Shown here piece by piece: positions 50,970-60,521 of a DNA stretch of 64,000 nt. The notes under the pieces were generated by a model. The model was not told where the DNA came from. It made no database searches and saw only the letters and a program-made list of their open reading frames with translations. Origin of the DNA: an uncultured delta proteobacterium (lineage in GTDB: Bacteria; Desulfobacterota; Binatia; Binatales; Binataceae); NCBI GenBank assembly GCA_963848285.1, contig CAWKCZ010000002.1, positions 327,002 through 391,001 on the forward strand. The letters run 5' to 3'. Position 1 is the first letter of the stretch; each line of letters opens with the position of its first letter. A program made the translations under genes and the position numbers.

Positions 50970-52939
50970 AGCTCCGAGGAGCTCGCCGCGCGCGGCCGCC
51001 GCGTTATCGGCCGATTTTCCGACGCATATGCTTCCGCTTCGCGCGGCGCAGCATCGATAAAGGTTCGATGCCACATTTCCAGCATCAGCAGCATCCATAG
51101 CTGATGCTGGCGATCGCGAACGCCCCCGACGTGCTCGTCGATGACGCGCGCGACTGCCGCGGGGGCAAAATATCCGCGTTCGAGCGCGCGGCTGCTGAGC
51201 AGAATCTCGCGGACGATTTCGATCCATGCGGAGCCGCGAAACCAGTATTCCAGCGGGACGCCAAAACCCATCTTGCGCCGCTTGAGGATTGCGTCGGGAA
51301 GCATCCCATGCAGAGCCTTCTTGAAGATGCGCTTGCGATCGAACAGGTTGAGCTTGAAGTGGGCCGGCAACCGCGCGGCGAACTCCATCAGCTCCCGATC
51401 AAGCAGCGGCGAGCGCGCTTCCAGCGAGGCCGCCATGGTGGCGCGGTCCACTTTGACCAGACAGTCCTCCGGCAGATAGAGGTTCACGTCGACGCTCAAG
51501 GTCTGGTCGATTGCGTTGTCGGCCGCAGCGTTGGCATATGCCGCAAGCAAGAGCTCCTCGGTCGCGGCCCCCAAGGACGTCTCGGCGAACTCCGGAGTAT
51601 ACAGCTGGGCCTTCTCCCGGTCGCCGAACCACGCCAGCATCCGAGCGTAACCGGCGCGCCAGTCGCTGCCCATTACTTCCTCGAGGATGCGCAGCCGACT
51701 GGCGATTCGCCGATTGTGCCCGGCCGCCCCATAGCCGTGACTGACCAGCGCACCGATAATTTTCCGGATTGCGGGAGGAATCGGCTCGGTATAACTGGCC
51801 AGCGCGCTTACGCTATAGCGCCGGTATCCTGCGAAGTTCTCGTCGCCTCCATCGCCCGTCAGCGCCACGGTGACATGCTCGCGCGTCATCTTGGCGAGGT
51901 ACCAGGTCGCAATCGCCGACGAATCCGCGTACGGCTCGTCGTAGTGCCACGCCAGCGTGTTCAACAGTTCGAGGCCGTCGTCCGGCTCGACGATGAACTG
52001 GTGATGCTCGCAGTGAAAACGCTTGGCGACCGCCCTCGCCCATCGCGTTTCATCGTATTCGCCTTGCTGAAACCCGATGGAGAAGGTTTTCACCGGCGCC
52101 GAGCTCAACTCGCTCATCATTGCGACCACCGCACTCGAGTCGACCCCGCCGCTCAGGAACGCGCCCAGCGGAACGTCGGCAATCATGCGCATCCTGACCG
52201 CCTCGTAGAGCAGGCGCAGCAACTCCTCGCATGCTTCACGCTCGTCGATCGCAACTTTAGGCAGGTAGTTAAGGCGCCAATACCGCGTGAGCGCCAGCTT
52301 GCCGTCGCGGTAGGTCAGATAATGCGCCGGCGGAAGCTTGCTGATCCCGCGAAAGCCCGATCGATGCGGCGGGACGTAACCATAAGTCATGTAATGGCTT
52401 ATCGAATGATGATCGGGCTCGCGCGCACCCGCCACCGTCAGCAGTGCTTTGCACTCCGAGGCGAAAGCCAACCGGGTATCGTCGACGGTGTAGTAAAGCG
52501 GTTTCTTGCCGGCAGGGTCGCGCGCCAGGAAAAGACTCCGATCCCGTTGATCCCAAATGGCGAAGGCGAACATCCCGCGCATGCGGTCGAGGCATCGCAC
52601 GCCGTGTTCCTCGTACAAATGCACGATGACCTCGGTGTCGGTTTCGGAACGAAAGCGATGGCCGGCGTCCTGCAACTCACGACGCAATTCCCGATAGTTG
52701 TAAACTTCCCCGTTGAAGACGATCCAAATCGACTCGTCCTCGTTGCTCAACGGCTGACGTCCGTCCGGGCTGAGATCGATGATCGACAGCCTGCGATGAC
52801 CCAGCCCAACCCCCGCCCCGAGGTAGACGCCGCAATCGTCGGGACCCCGATGGATCAAGGTGTCGCGCATCCGCACCAGCGTTTCGAGCTCGATCGGATA
52901 ATGCGCCGACGCGCCCACCACACCGCATATCCCGCACAT
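50966..52939 (-). CDS. asnB: Asparagine synthase (glutamine-hydrolysing), AsnB-type, polysaccharide-locus paralogue
   Basis: Intact 657-aa ORF. Ntn glutaminase start MCGICGV...HRGPDD...FNGEVYNY. Synthetase part contains the PP-loop LSGGVDSS. Confidence 0.85.
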   Translation of the reverse strand: MCGICGVVGASAHYPIELETLVRMRDTLIHRGPDDCGVYLGAGVGLGHRRLSIIDLSPDGRQPLSNEDESIWIVFNGEVYNYRELRRELQDAGHRFRSETDTEVIVHLYEEHGVRCLDRMRGMFAFAIWDQRDRSLFLARDPAGKKPLYYTVDDTRLAFASECKALLTVAGAREPDHHSISHYMTYGYVPPHRSGFRGISKLPPAHYLTYRDGKLALTRYWRLNYLPKVAIDEREACEELLRLLYEAVRMRMIADVPLGAFLSGGVDSSAVVAMMSELSSAPVKTFSIGFQQGEYDETRWARAVAKRFHCEHHQFIVEPDDGLELLNTLAWHYDEPYADSSAIATWYLAKMTREHVTVALTGDGGDENFAGYRRYSVSALASYTEPIPPAIRKIIGALVSHGYGAAGHNRRIASRLRILEEVMGSDWRAGYARMLAWFGDREKAQLYTPEFAETSLGAATEELLLAAYANAAADNAIDQTLSVDVNLYLPEDCLVKVDRATMAASLEARSPLLDRELMEFAARLPAHFKLNLFDRKRIFKKALHGMLPDAILKRRKMGFGVPLEYWFRGSAWIEIVREILLSSRALERGYFAPAAVARVIDEHVGGVRDRQHQLWMLLMLEMWHRTFIDAAPREAEAYASENRPITRRPRAASSSEL

Positions 52940-52947
52940 AGGTTCGC

Positions 52948-54096
52948 TCAGCTATCCAACACTTGCTGATAAAGATTGGTGGTGTCGCGGACCAGCCGCG
53001 GCACCGAGAACTCGTGCCGTACCGCGCGGCGGCGCGCTTCCGGCAAACCGCAGCGCGAGGCCACGCGGGCGAGCGCCGCCGCGAACGCCTCGACATTGCC
53101 CGACGGCACCAACTCGCCGTCGAGCCCATCGATCACGACGTCGCGGACCCCGCCCACATCGGTGGCGACTACCGGCAACCCGGCTGCCATCGCCTCGATC
53201 AGCGCCACCGGCGTCCCTTCGTTGAGCGAGCTGAGACAGACCAGGTTGAGGTCGCTGTAGATGCGCGCACGATCCATTTCCCATCCCGCGAAATGAATCC
53301 GCGCCGCGATGCCCATCTGTCGCGCCTGGTGTTCCAGCGCGGTCCGCAGTGCACCGTCGCCAAACAGCACCAGATGAGCGTCGCTACGCGAGTCGTGCAG
53401 GAACTTGCGAAATCCTTCCTGCGCCATCGCAAGGTGCTTAACTTCGGTGAACCGTCCGACGCTTCCGATGATTGCGCAGGCGGAGGGAATCCCAAGTTTT
53501 GCCCGCAACCATCCGCGGTTGGACGAAAGCCGTGCTGTCCACTCGAAGTCAAAACCCAATGGAATGATGTGAACCTTCTCCGGCCGTGCAATCCGGTACT
53601 TCTCCGTGAGGTCGCGCTTGACGCCGGCGCTGACCACCACGATCGCGTCGCTCAAACGTGCCAGGCTGCGCTCCGCCATCACGATGGCGCGGCTCGTGTA
53701 CGGTCCGAAATAACCGTCGAAGACGTGCCCGTGAAAGGTATGGACCAGGCGCGGACGCCACTTTCGTCGCAGCCCCCCGAACATACCCGCAATCCGCCCG
53801 AGGCCGCCGGCCTTCGCGGTATGGGTATGCAACAGGTGCGGGCGAATCTCGACCAGCAACCGCCGAATCTCGAGCAGCGCGCGCACATCGATCATCCCCG
53901 GCCGGCGCTGCAGTGTCTCGATACAGATCGGCTCGATACCCATGGCGCGCGCGAACTCGACGTTGGGGCGCTCGTCGCTGGCAGACCGGCCGCAGGCAAG
54001 CCAACTGGTGAAATCGCGCCGCTCCAGGTTGGCCGTCAGCAGGCATACGTTGTGCGCCGGCCCTCCGACGATCAGGCGGCTGACCAACCGCAGCAC
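52948..54096 (-). CDS. Glycosyltransferase family 4
   Basis: Intact 382-aa ORF (GTG start): LVSRLIVGGPA...THTAKAGGLG and SSLNEGTPVALIEAMAAGLPVVATDVGG. Confidence 0.85.
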   Translation of the reverse strand: MLRLVSRLIVGGPAHNVCLLTANLERRDFTSWLACGRSASDERPNVEFARAMGIEPICIETLQRRPGMIDVRALLEIRRLLVEIRPHLLHTHTAKAGGLGRIAGMFGGLRRKWRPRLVHTFHGHVFDGYFGPYTSRAIVMAERSLARLSDAIVVVSAGVKRDLTEKYRIARPEKVHIIPLGFDFEWTARLSSNRGWLRAKLGIPSACAIIGSVGRFTEVKHLAMAQEGFRKFLHDSRSDAHLVLFGDGALRTALEHQARQMGIAARIHFAGWEMDRARIYSDLNLVCLSSLNEGTPVALIEAMAAGLPVVATDVGGVRDVVIDGLDGELVPSGNVEAFAAALARVASRCGLPEARRRAVRHEFSVPRLVRDTTNLYQQVLDS

Positions 54097-54182
54097 CCGG
54101 ATCGGACCGCTGCCGATACCGCCTCCAAAGACCGGGCGGCTCCGCGAAGGTTCAGCGGTAAGGTAGGTCGCGCTGATGGGAG

Positions 54183-55878
54183 TTAGCTGGAGATACCGGC
54201 TCTACGAATGGGAATGACCGCGGCGCCACGACGCGAAGTTATCGCCTCCTCCGCGCTGTAGGCGGGAACCTCATCCGGGATCGCCTCAGGCGGTGCGGCC
54301 TCGGACGCAGATAGGCGTTCCGACTCCGCATGGTGCTGTTCAAAGAGATGCTCCATCACACGAAATGACAGCCGCGCACCGAGCGTCAGGGTCGCGAGCA
54401 AGTACGCGTCGAGAAGGACCGCACGCAAGCTGATCCCGAGCGATGGCACCAAGGTGGACGCCAATAGAGATGACACGGCAGCCCACCCGACTGCCTTGGC
54501 CATCGGAAGCAGCTCGTCCGCTCCCGCCGATCGCAGCGGACTCTGGTAGAGCCCACTGGCAGCAAAGGCCACGGCCTGCAAAATCGCAAGTGCCGCAATC
54601 GATAGCGTGAATGAACTGCGAGTTGAGAAATTAGCGCCATCTTCGATCAGCGTGGCGCCCGCAATGCTCACTAAAATCGTGAACAGATCGGCGACCAGTT
54701 CAAAGCTCCTGGGCACCGCTCCGCGCACAAATGCGATCGGTTGAAGCAGTAGCAGTAACAAACCGGATTGCATCGCCCTGAATTCCGGGTACCCCAACCA
54801 TCGCACCCCACCCATTACAGCAATCGCGAAACAGCCCCAAAACGCCACCGAGGAGACCTCGCTATGAACCGTCAACAGCCATGCGGCAGCGCAACTCGCA
54901 CCCCCTACGAGATAAAGCAGCAGCACCGATCGGCGATGGCCGATGCCGCGCGCCAGCAACCGATGATGTATGTGGTCGCGATCGGGGCGAAAGAGCGCGG
55001 GACGGCCGATCATACGCAATCGATAGCGATGCGCTCCGCGGTCGCCTCCGACCACCCTGACCCCGCGCAGAAAACGCCGCATGATGGTGAGCGTCAGTTC
55101 TGCCAGCGGCAACCCGAGCAACAGGAACGGCGCGAATGCCGGGGACGATGCCACCGGACATCCTTTGCGAGGTCGAAATGGTCGCGGTCGCCGCCAGGAA
55201 TCCCAACAGCAGCGCGCCGGAGTCGCCGAGAAAGATCCGCGCTGGATGAAAATTGTGAGGTAGAAATCCCGCCGTCGCACCGCATAGCGCAGCCAGGCCC
55301 GATAAACCGACGCGCTCGCTATGCGCCAGATTCAGCACCATGAGCATCGAGGCGATTACCAGGCATAGGCCGACCGCAAGCCCGTCCAACCCGTCGACGA
55401 GGTTTACCGCGTTGATGACCGCGACGATCAGCAAGATGCTCAGCGGGACCGCGAGCACGCCGAAATGCCACGATCCAAGCGATTCGAGTCGATAGCCGCC
55501 CGACACCGCGACTGCGGCCGCTCCAATTTCGACCAACAACTTGACGATCGGTCGCAACCCTCGCACATCGTCGATCGCTCCCATCGTGACGATCATCAGT
55601 GCGGCAAGTGCGAGCCCGTCCGAGCCGCGCATCCCCGAAAGCATAGCTCCGTTCAGTTGCGGAGAAATCGCCGCACCAATCCGCGAGCCGACAAATAAGC
55701 CTCCAAATACCGCGAGGAAGATCGCGGGTCCGCCCAACCGCGGCGTCGCAATCACATGGATGCGGCGCTCACCTGGATGGTCCATGGCGCCGATGTTCAC
55801 GGCTATCCTGCACGCCAGCGGAGTCAACCCCAGCGCCAGGCCCATCGCGAGCAAAAACGGAATCGCAAGACTAGCCAT
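54183..55878 (-). CDS. WecA/MraY-family polyprenyl-phosphate sugar-1-phosphate transferase with an extra ~220-aa C-terminal membrane domain (one frame change near 55130)
   Basis: HPGERRIHVIATPRLGG, MGAIDDVRGL, NAVNLVDGLDGLA and FLGDSGALLLGF (ORF 54862..55878). The hydrophobic C-terminal extension is in ORF 54183..55280. Confidence 0.75.
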
Positions 55879-55890
55879 GACAAAAAGGTT

Positions 55891-57231
55891 TCAAGCGGCA
55901 ACTATCGGAGAATTGCGCAGCCGCCGGCCCAGGTACAGTAATAGCCCGAGCAGCAAGGGGAGAATCTGAGCCCGATAACGAACCGCGGTACCGAAGTTCT
56001 GGCTCGATACGAACGCATAAATCAGCGCCCAAATGATCACCACCGCGAGCGCCCAAATCACCAATGGGTCGGTCAAGTCGCGAATCTGGAGGCGGGCTGC
56101 CGCCCTCATCAGTAGACCAAGCAGAATGAGATCCTCGAGGCTCGCAACTATCCCGAATGCGTTCATGACGTCGCCCGGAAGCGGACGAAACAGCGCGCTG
56201 AACATGCCCAATGGGGCATACCTGACGAGGTCGCCGGGACCATCGAGCACCAACACCGCGCCCGCCGATTCGCCGAGATTGAACCGCCCCGAGATGGTCG
56301 CGATTTGCTCGGTGATATCCTGCGCGGCCTGGAGATAGAACGCCTCCATTATAAATGGCAGCGCAGCCATCACTGCCGCGCCGATCGCGACGGTGGTAAC
56401 AACTCGGCTGAGAATTCCGCGCTCCAGGGCGTATACCAGCGCGATCATCGGGACCACCAGGATGCCGGCCATCCAGGTCCGAATCAGGCTCGCTATCAGG
56501 ACCCCGACCAGACTTGCCAGCAGCGGTCGGGCCCGTCCGCTTCGCCACCACGTGATGATTCCATAAGCATAGAGCCCCACCGCGAACGTCATCACCGATT
56601 CCTTGCCCACCCCAGCGGTCCAGAAAGTCAGCGACGGTTCGAACATCAGGAGGTAGAAAATCCAGCGGCTGGAGAATCCCAGGAACGCCTCACTCGCGAT
56701 ATAGAACCAGTACATGCCGACCATGCTCAGCAAAGCGAAGCTGAGGTTCATCGCGTGAAAGGAATCCGGGATGACCCGGTTAATCAACCATACCAACGCA
56801 ATGATGTTCTGGGTGCCGTACTCGAAGCCTATTTGATGCAAATCGGGAAGCGTGCCACGGCTGCCGAAGTATAGGTACGGATCCAGCGAATCGTAGTGAT
56901 GGTAAAATGGCAGCGCGACGACTAGCGCCACCAACGCACGAAACAGCCAGGCCCATAACAATGGCATCTTCATGGTGCCGCGCACCGGCCAAAATGGAAT
57001 GGTGAATGCTACCAGGGCCGCCCATATCATCCCCTCCGCATAATCGAGGGTCTGCCCGCTCGCCCGCACATAGACGCTTTGCGCCGCGCCCCACTGGATC
57101 AGATACGGGACGCCGCAGGCCGCCAGCAGCGCCACCCCGACTAAACCGCCACCGGCGAGACTCATCGCGCGCCCATCGCGCGAAGTGAGGGCGCGCGGCG
57201 CCAAGCGATTCATCATGTGACTGGCGGTCAA
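55891..57231 (-). CDS. Multi-pass membrane protein, candidate Wzy-type polysaccharide polymerase
   Basis: Intact 446-aa ORF with ~10 or more hydrophobic helices and no soluble domain. It sits between the initiating transferase and the Wzz-like gene. Assignment is by context only. Confidence 0.4.
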   Translation of the reverse strand: MTASHMMNRLAPRALTSRDGRAMSLAGGGLVGVALLAACGVPYLIQWGAAQSVYVRASGQTLDYAEGMIWAALVAFTIPFWPVRGTMKMPLLWAWLFRALVALVVALPFYHHYDSLDPYLYFGSRGTLPDLHQIGFEYGTQNIIALVWLINRVIPDSFHAMNLSFALLSMVGMYWFYIASEAFLGFSSRWIFYLLMFEPSLTFWTAGVGKESVMTFAVGLYAYGIITWWRSGRARPLLASLVGVLIASLIRTWMAGILVVPMIALVYALERGILSRVVTTVAIGAAVMAALPFIMEAFYLQAAQDITEQIATISGRFNLGESAGAVLVLDGPGDLVRYAPLGMFSALFRPLPGDVMNAFGIVASLEDLILLGLLMRAAARLQIRDLTDPLVIWALAVVIIWALIYAFVSSQNFGTAVRYRAQILPLLLGLLLYLGRRLRNSPIVAA

Positions 57232-58181
57232 TTCGGTCCCGTGGGACGCTCCGGCGCGGCGGCGGCTTGCAGTGCGGAGTCGGAGCGATCGAGGCCGTTG
57301 GCCCGCGGCATGCTCGCGGCGGATTGCTCGCGGATGAAAGTCCGCGAGCGCTCGAATGCGACCAGAAACGCGAACAGTAGAATCGGCATCGCGGCGATAG
57401 TCACTCCCGCGTACAGCAATGGCCGCGGCTGATAGGGCTCGCGCGGCACGAAAGGCTCCTCGATGATCCGAAAAGTCGTCAGCGCGGAGGCCTCCGCGGT
57501 GGTCAGTTGCTCCATCCGCTTGGCGATGATCTCGTAGATATCCGCGCGCAACAATTCGTCCGAGGTCCGGTTCGCGTGGTCCTGCAGCGACTTGATTTGC
57601 GCCGAGTAGTTAGCAATGTCGCGGTCGCGAACATTGGCAATCAAGTCGTCGACCACGATGGTCAACATCTTCAGCGCCGTATCGCGATCCCCGGCTACAT
57701 ATCGAAGCCTGAGCATCCCTCCCGAATTGTCATAGTACGATGTCAGCCTGCGCGAGATTCTTTGGTAAGCCTTCCACTCGACGTCCGCCGGCGATCGCGC
57801 ACGCAGGTCGGCCAGCTCGACCGGCGAGAACAGCATCGGGTAGACCGCGGGATTATGCTGCACCACCCATTTGGCGAAGGTGAAGCTCTGGAGCATCGCC
57901 ACGTATTCTTTGGCCTGGTCCGCGATGTTCTGCCCGAGCGCACTCGAGAGATGCTGGAACATCGTTATTTCGGTCAGGTTGCTCTGGGTGGGAAGCGGCT
58001 TGATCGAAGCCTCGGCGCAAAATGACTGCGGTATCAGCGTCGCGGAAACCCCCAGGGTGAGCAGCGCCGCCGCCGCGCTGCATATCATGATGCTGCGCCA
58101 CCATTGCTGAAGCAGACGCCAATGGAAGGCGAGATAGTGCGGCTCTGCGTCCGCATGTGGCATCGCAATGGAGCCATTCAT
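57228..58181 (-). CDS. Wzz/PCP-type chain-length determinant protein (no kinase domain)
   Basis: Intact 317-aa ORF. N-terminal TM (IMICSAAAALLTLGVSATLI), a ~230-aa helical periplasmic part, the proline-rich EPFVPREPYQPRP immediately before the C-terminal TM (LLYAGVTIAAMPILLFAFLVAF). Confidence 0.55.
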   Translation of the reverse strand: MNGSIAMPHADAEPHYLAFHWRLLQQWWRSIMICSAAAALLTLGVSATLIPQSFCAEASIKPLPTQSNLTEITMFQHLSSALGQNIADQAKEYVAMLQSFTFAKWVVQHNPAVYPMLFSPVELADLRARSPADVEWKAYQRISRRLTSYYDNSGGMLRLRYVAGDRDTALKMLTIVVDDLIANVRDRDIANYSAQIKSLQDHANRTSDELLRADIYEIIAKRMEQLTTAEASALTTFRIIEEPFVPREPYQPRPLLYAGVTIAAMPILLFAFLVAFERSRTFIREQSAASMPRANGLDRSDSALQAAAAPERPTGPN

Positions 58182-58198
58182 CGCGCGACCATGCGACC

Positions 58199-59518
58199 CT
58201 ATGCGAGCACCACCGGGTCGCCTTGCTTGCGGAAGGGGCCGGTCGCGTTGCGGGTGTCGATCACCAACTGTGCGTGGCGCAAGACGAAGCCATAGTCGAC
58301 GTCGCTATGGTCGGTGACGATTATCACCGCGTCGGCGGACTCCACCTCGTCGCGAGTCAGTTCGACGCTATGCATCTCATGCTCGAGGTGGCGCGAGCGC
58401 AGCAGCGGAACATGCGGATCGTGATACCTAACCCGCGCCAGCCGCTGCTCCAATAGACCGATAATGCTCAACGCCGGTGACTCGCGAATATCCTCGATGT
58501 CGCGCTTGTAGGCGACGCCCAGGATCATAATGTCCGCGCCGTTGAGCGCCCTGCCCCGGCGGTTGAGGCCGTCGGCGACCTGCTCCACCACGTGCGCCGG
58601 CATCGCGGCGTTGATCTCGCCGGCCAACTGGATGAAGCGGGTTGCGAAGTTGTACTGGCGCGCCTTCCAGGTCAGATAGAACGGGTCGATTGGGATGCAA
58701 TGTCCTCCCAGGCCCGGTCCGGGATAAAACGGAGTGAAGCCGAACGGCTTGGTCGCGGCCGCATTGATGACCTCCCACGCATCGATATCCATCCGCTCGA
58801 ACAGCAGCTTGAGCTCGTTGACCATCGCGATATTGACGCATCGATAGATGTTCTCGAGCAGCTTGGCCGACTCCGCGACCCGCGCCGAGGACACCGGGAC
58901 CACTTTGTCCACCACCAGTCCATAAGCCTTGCACGCAACCTGGAGGCAGGTGGGAGTGATGCCGCCGACGATTTTGGGGATGGTTTTGGTGTGAAAGCAT
59001 GGATTGCCGGGATCCTCGCGCTCCGGCGAATACGCCATGAACAGATCCTCGCCCAGGCGCAGCTTGCAATCGGAAAACAGCGGCAGCACGACCTCCTCGG
59101 TGGTGCCCGGATAGGTCGTGCTTTCGAGCACGATGAGCATCCCCTGGTGAACATGCGCGCGCACCGTCCGCGCGGTCGCCATGACGTATTCGAGGTTGGG
59201 CGAAGAACCCTCACCCAGGGGCGTCGGCACGCACATGATGGCGACGTCGCAATCGGCGATGCGCGCCATTTCGGCGCTCGGCAGAAACTGCCCGCTGCGC
59301 ACCAGACCCGCGATGTGGTCACTGGCAATGTGGCCGATGTAACTTCGGCCATTGGCCAGTTCGGCGATTTTGTATTGGTCAATGTCGAGGCCAATCGTTC
59401 TGAATCCGGCCTCGGCGAAGCGGCAGGCCAGCGGCAACCCGGCATAACCCATCCCGAGGACCCCGACCGTCGCGGTCCGCTCGCCGAGCCTGCTCATCAG
59501 TTGATCAGCGATCTTCAT
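58199..59518 (-). CDS. UDP-sugar 6-dehydrogenase family (UDP-GlcNAc/ManNAc dehydrogenase-like) nucleotide-sugar dehydrogenase
   Basis: Intact 439-aa ORF: VGVLGMGYAGLPLA (Rossmann), IMCVPTP, and FYPGPGLGGHCIPIDP with the catalytic Cys. Confidence 0.85.
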   Translation of the reverse strand: MKIADQLMSRLGERTATVGVLGMGYAGLPLACRFAEAGFRTIGLDIDQYKIAELANGRSYIGHIASDHIAGLVRSGQFLPSAEMARIADCDVAIMCVPTPLGEGSSPNLEYVMATARTVRAHVHQGMLIVLESTTYPGTTEEVVLPLFSDCKLRLGEDLFMAYSPEREDPGNPCFHTKTIPKIVGGITPTCLQVACKAYGLVVDKVVPVSSARVAESAKLLENIYRCVNIAMVNELKLLFERMDIDAWEVINAAATKPFGFTPFYPGPGLGGHCIPIDPFYLTWKARQYNFATRFIQLAGEINAAMPAHVVEQVADGLNRRGRALNGADIMILGVAYKRDIEDIRESPALSIIGLLEQRLARVRYHDPHVPLLRSRHLEHEMHSVELTRDEVESADAVIIVTDHSDVDYGFVLRHAQLVIDTRNATGPFRKQGDPVVLA

Positions 59519-59895
59519 TGGGTCCCCTCTTCAAGAATGTCGGTGGTTGCGGATATTTGACGAAACCGGTCCCCGCGTGCGACCGGCGACTCGGCAGCTT
59601 GCGTTGTATGCGTCCGCCATCCCGTGAAAGCGGGTGACAGATGGAATACCGGTCCGCCGGGAGGCAATTTTCCGTCCAGAGACGGACGGACATCAGACCG
59701 GCAATGTCTCACTCGCCGACGCCGATCGAGTATTCACTGGCAGCATCGGTCAGGTTAACTATCTGTTATGGGCGCGAGTCTGCGTCAGAGGGTTAGTTGG
59801 GTCAAGGCGCCTAGTCGAATTAGGCAAAATTTGTGCTATTCGGACGGTCGTTCCTTCATCGGCGGGCGGGAGGGCATGCAGATAGACAGAGGAGC

Positions 59896-59940
59896 GAAGC
59901 CAACGCGGATTCATCGGGTCGTTCGCGAACGACCCCTACG
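59896..59940. repeat. 45-bp inverted-repeat unit, left copy, containing the 20-bp perfect palindrome GGGTCGTTCGCGAACGACCC (59916..59935)
   Basis: GAAGCCAACGCGGATTCATCGGGTCGTTCGCGAACGACCCCTACG. The reverse complement of 60102..60146 differs at one position. Confidence 0.9.
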
Positions 59941-60101
59941 GCTCGCACTAACACGGCGATCTTTTTGAGTTGGCTGATCTTTCGACTAGTTGAGAAGGTC
60001 AGTGTCTCCCGAGGGATCGTCTAACATGCGAAGTTCGGGTTGCCTTATTGCGGATCGCGGATTCAAGCATATCGAAAAAAGAGCCACCCCACGTTTCGAA
60101 T

Positions 60102-60146
60102 CGTAGGGGTCGTTCGCGAACGACCCGATGAATCCTCGTTGGCTTC
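60102..60146. repeat. 45-bp inverted-repeat unit, right copy (palindrome at 60107..60126)
   Basis: CGTAGGGGTCGTTCGCGAACGACCCGATGAATCCTCGTTGGCTTC matches the left copy at 44 of 45 positions in inverse orientation. The two copies are 161 bp apart. Confidence 0.9.
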
Positions 60147-60303
60147 GGTACCAAAGCTCTCGGCGGGAGAATGACCACATCCCCGCCGAGTGCAACGAAA
60201 TACCTCAAAGCCGACGAGGTCGGGTTATCAAAAGCCGGGCACAACGCCGGCGACGCATCGACGCTGATCCTCTACCACCTACATGGCGCCGGGCGGCATC
60301 TCA

Positions 60304-60327
60304 CTCCCACACGTCGACGTGGGGGAG
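60304..60327. repeat. Near-perfect 24-nt palindrome CTCCCACACGTCGACGTGGGGGAG
   Basis: 11 of 12 positions pair. It shares the arm CTCCCCCACG/CGTGGGGGAG with the hairpin at 60498..60521. Confidence 0.8.
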
Positions 60328-60376
60328 TCCGGGCGGCGCGAGGCTTGCCATGGCTGCGAAGCAAGCCGCGTGACGC

Positions 60377-60449
60377 GCGGGTGGGGGTGCAGCCCGAATG
60401 CCGCCATCTTCGCGAGGTCGGTGGCCCTCGCATCTGCACCCCCTCCCGC
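60377..60449. repeat. 16-nt inverted repeat GCGGGTGGGGGTGCAG ... CTGCACCCCCTCCCGC with a 41-nt spacer
   Basis: The arms at 60377..60392 and 60434..60449 are complementary at 15 of 16 positions. Confidence 0.75.
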
Positions 60450-60497
60450 TTGGCACGATGGTCGCGCAGCCAAAGAGCGACCATCACGCCAACCGGG

Positions 60498-60521
60498 CTC
60501 CCCCACGAAGACGTGGGGGAG
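60498..60521. repeat. Hairpin CTCCCCCACG-aaga-CGTGGGGGAG, followed by three copies of GGGGGAGCGG (to ~60547)
   Basis: Perfect 10-bp stem. Direct repeats GGGGGAGCGG at 60515, 60524 and 60538. It lies 35-85 nt downstream of the phoR stop on the opposite strand. Confidence 0.8.

Noticed and set aside
51104-52969. 621-codon plus-strand ORF, the longest of many long ORFs lying antisense to annotated genes. Other examples: 1942..3066, 17053..17946, 30847..32148, 32926..34014, 52963..54186, 58592..59560.
   Set aside because: These are shadow ORFs typical of high-GC DNA. Their translations are Arg/Ala/Gly/His-rich with no recognisable motifs, while the opposite strand encodes clear family members (AsnB, UvrC, LarA-like, FtsK, RNase J, GT4, dehydrogenase).
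59519-59895. JUMPstart/ops (GGCGGTAG) element or a clear sigma70 promoter upstream of the polysaccharide operon.
   Set aside because: I found no match to the ops core on the minus strand. The small hairpins there (for example TCCGTC..GACGGA around 59657..59676) lack terminator or known riboswitch features.
59896-60146. Insertion sequence or transposon bounded by the 45-bp inverted repeats.
   Set aside because: Only 161 bp lie between the repeats, with no transposase ORF, and I could see no flanking direct duplication. At most it is a MITE/REP-like element, reported as a finding rather than as a mobile_element feature.
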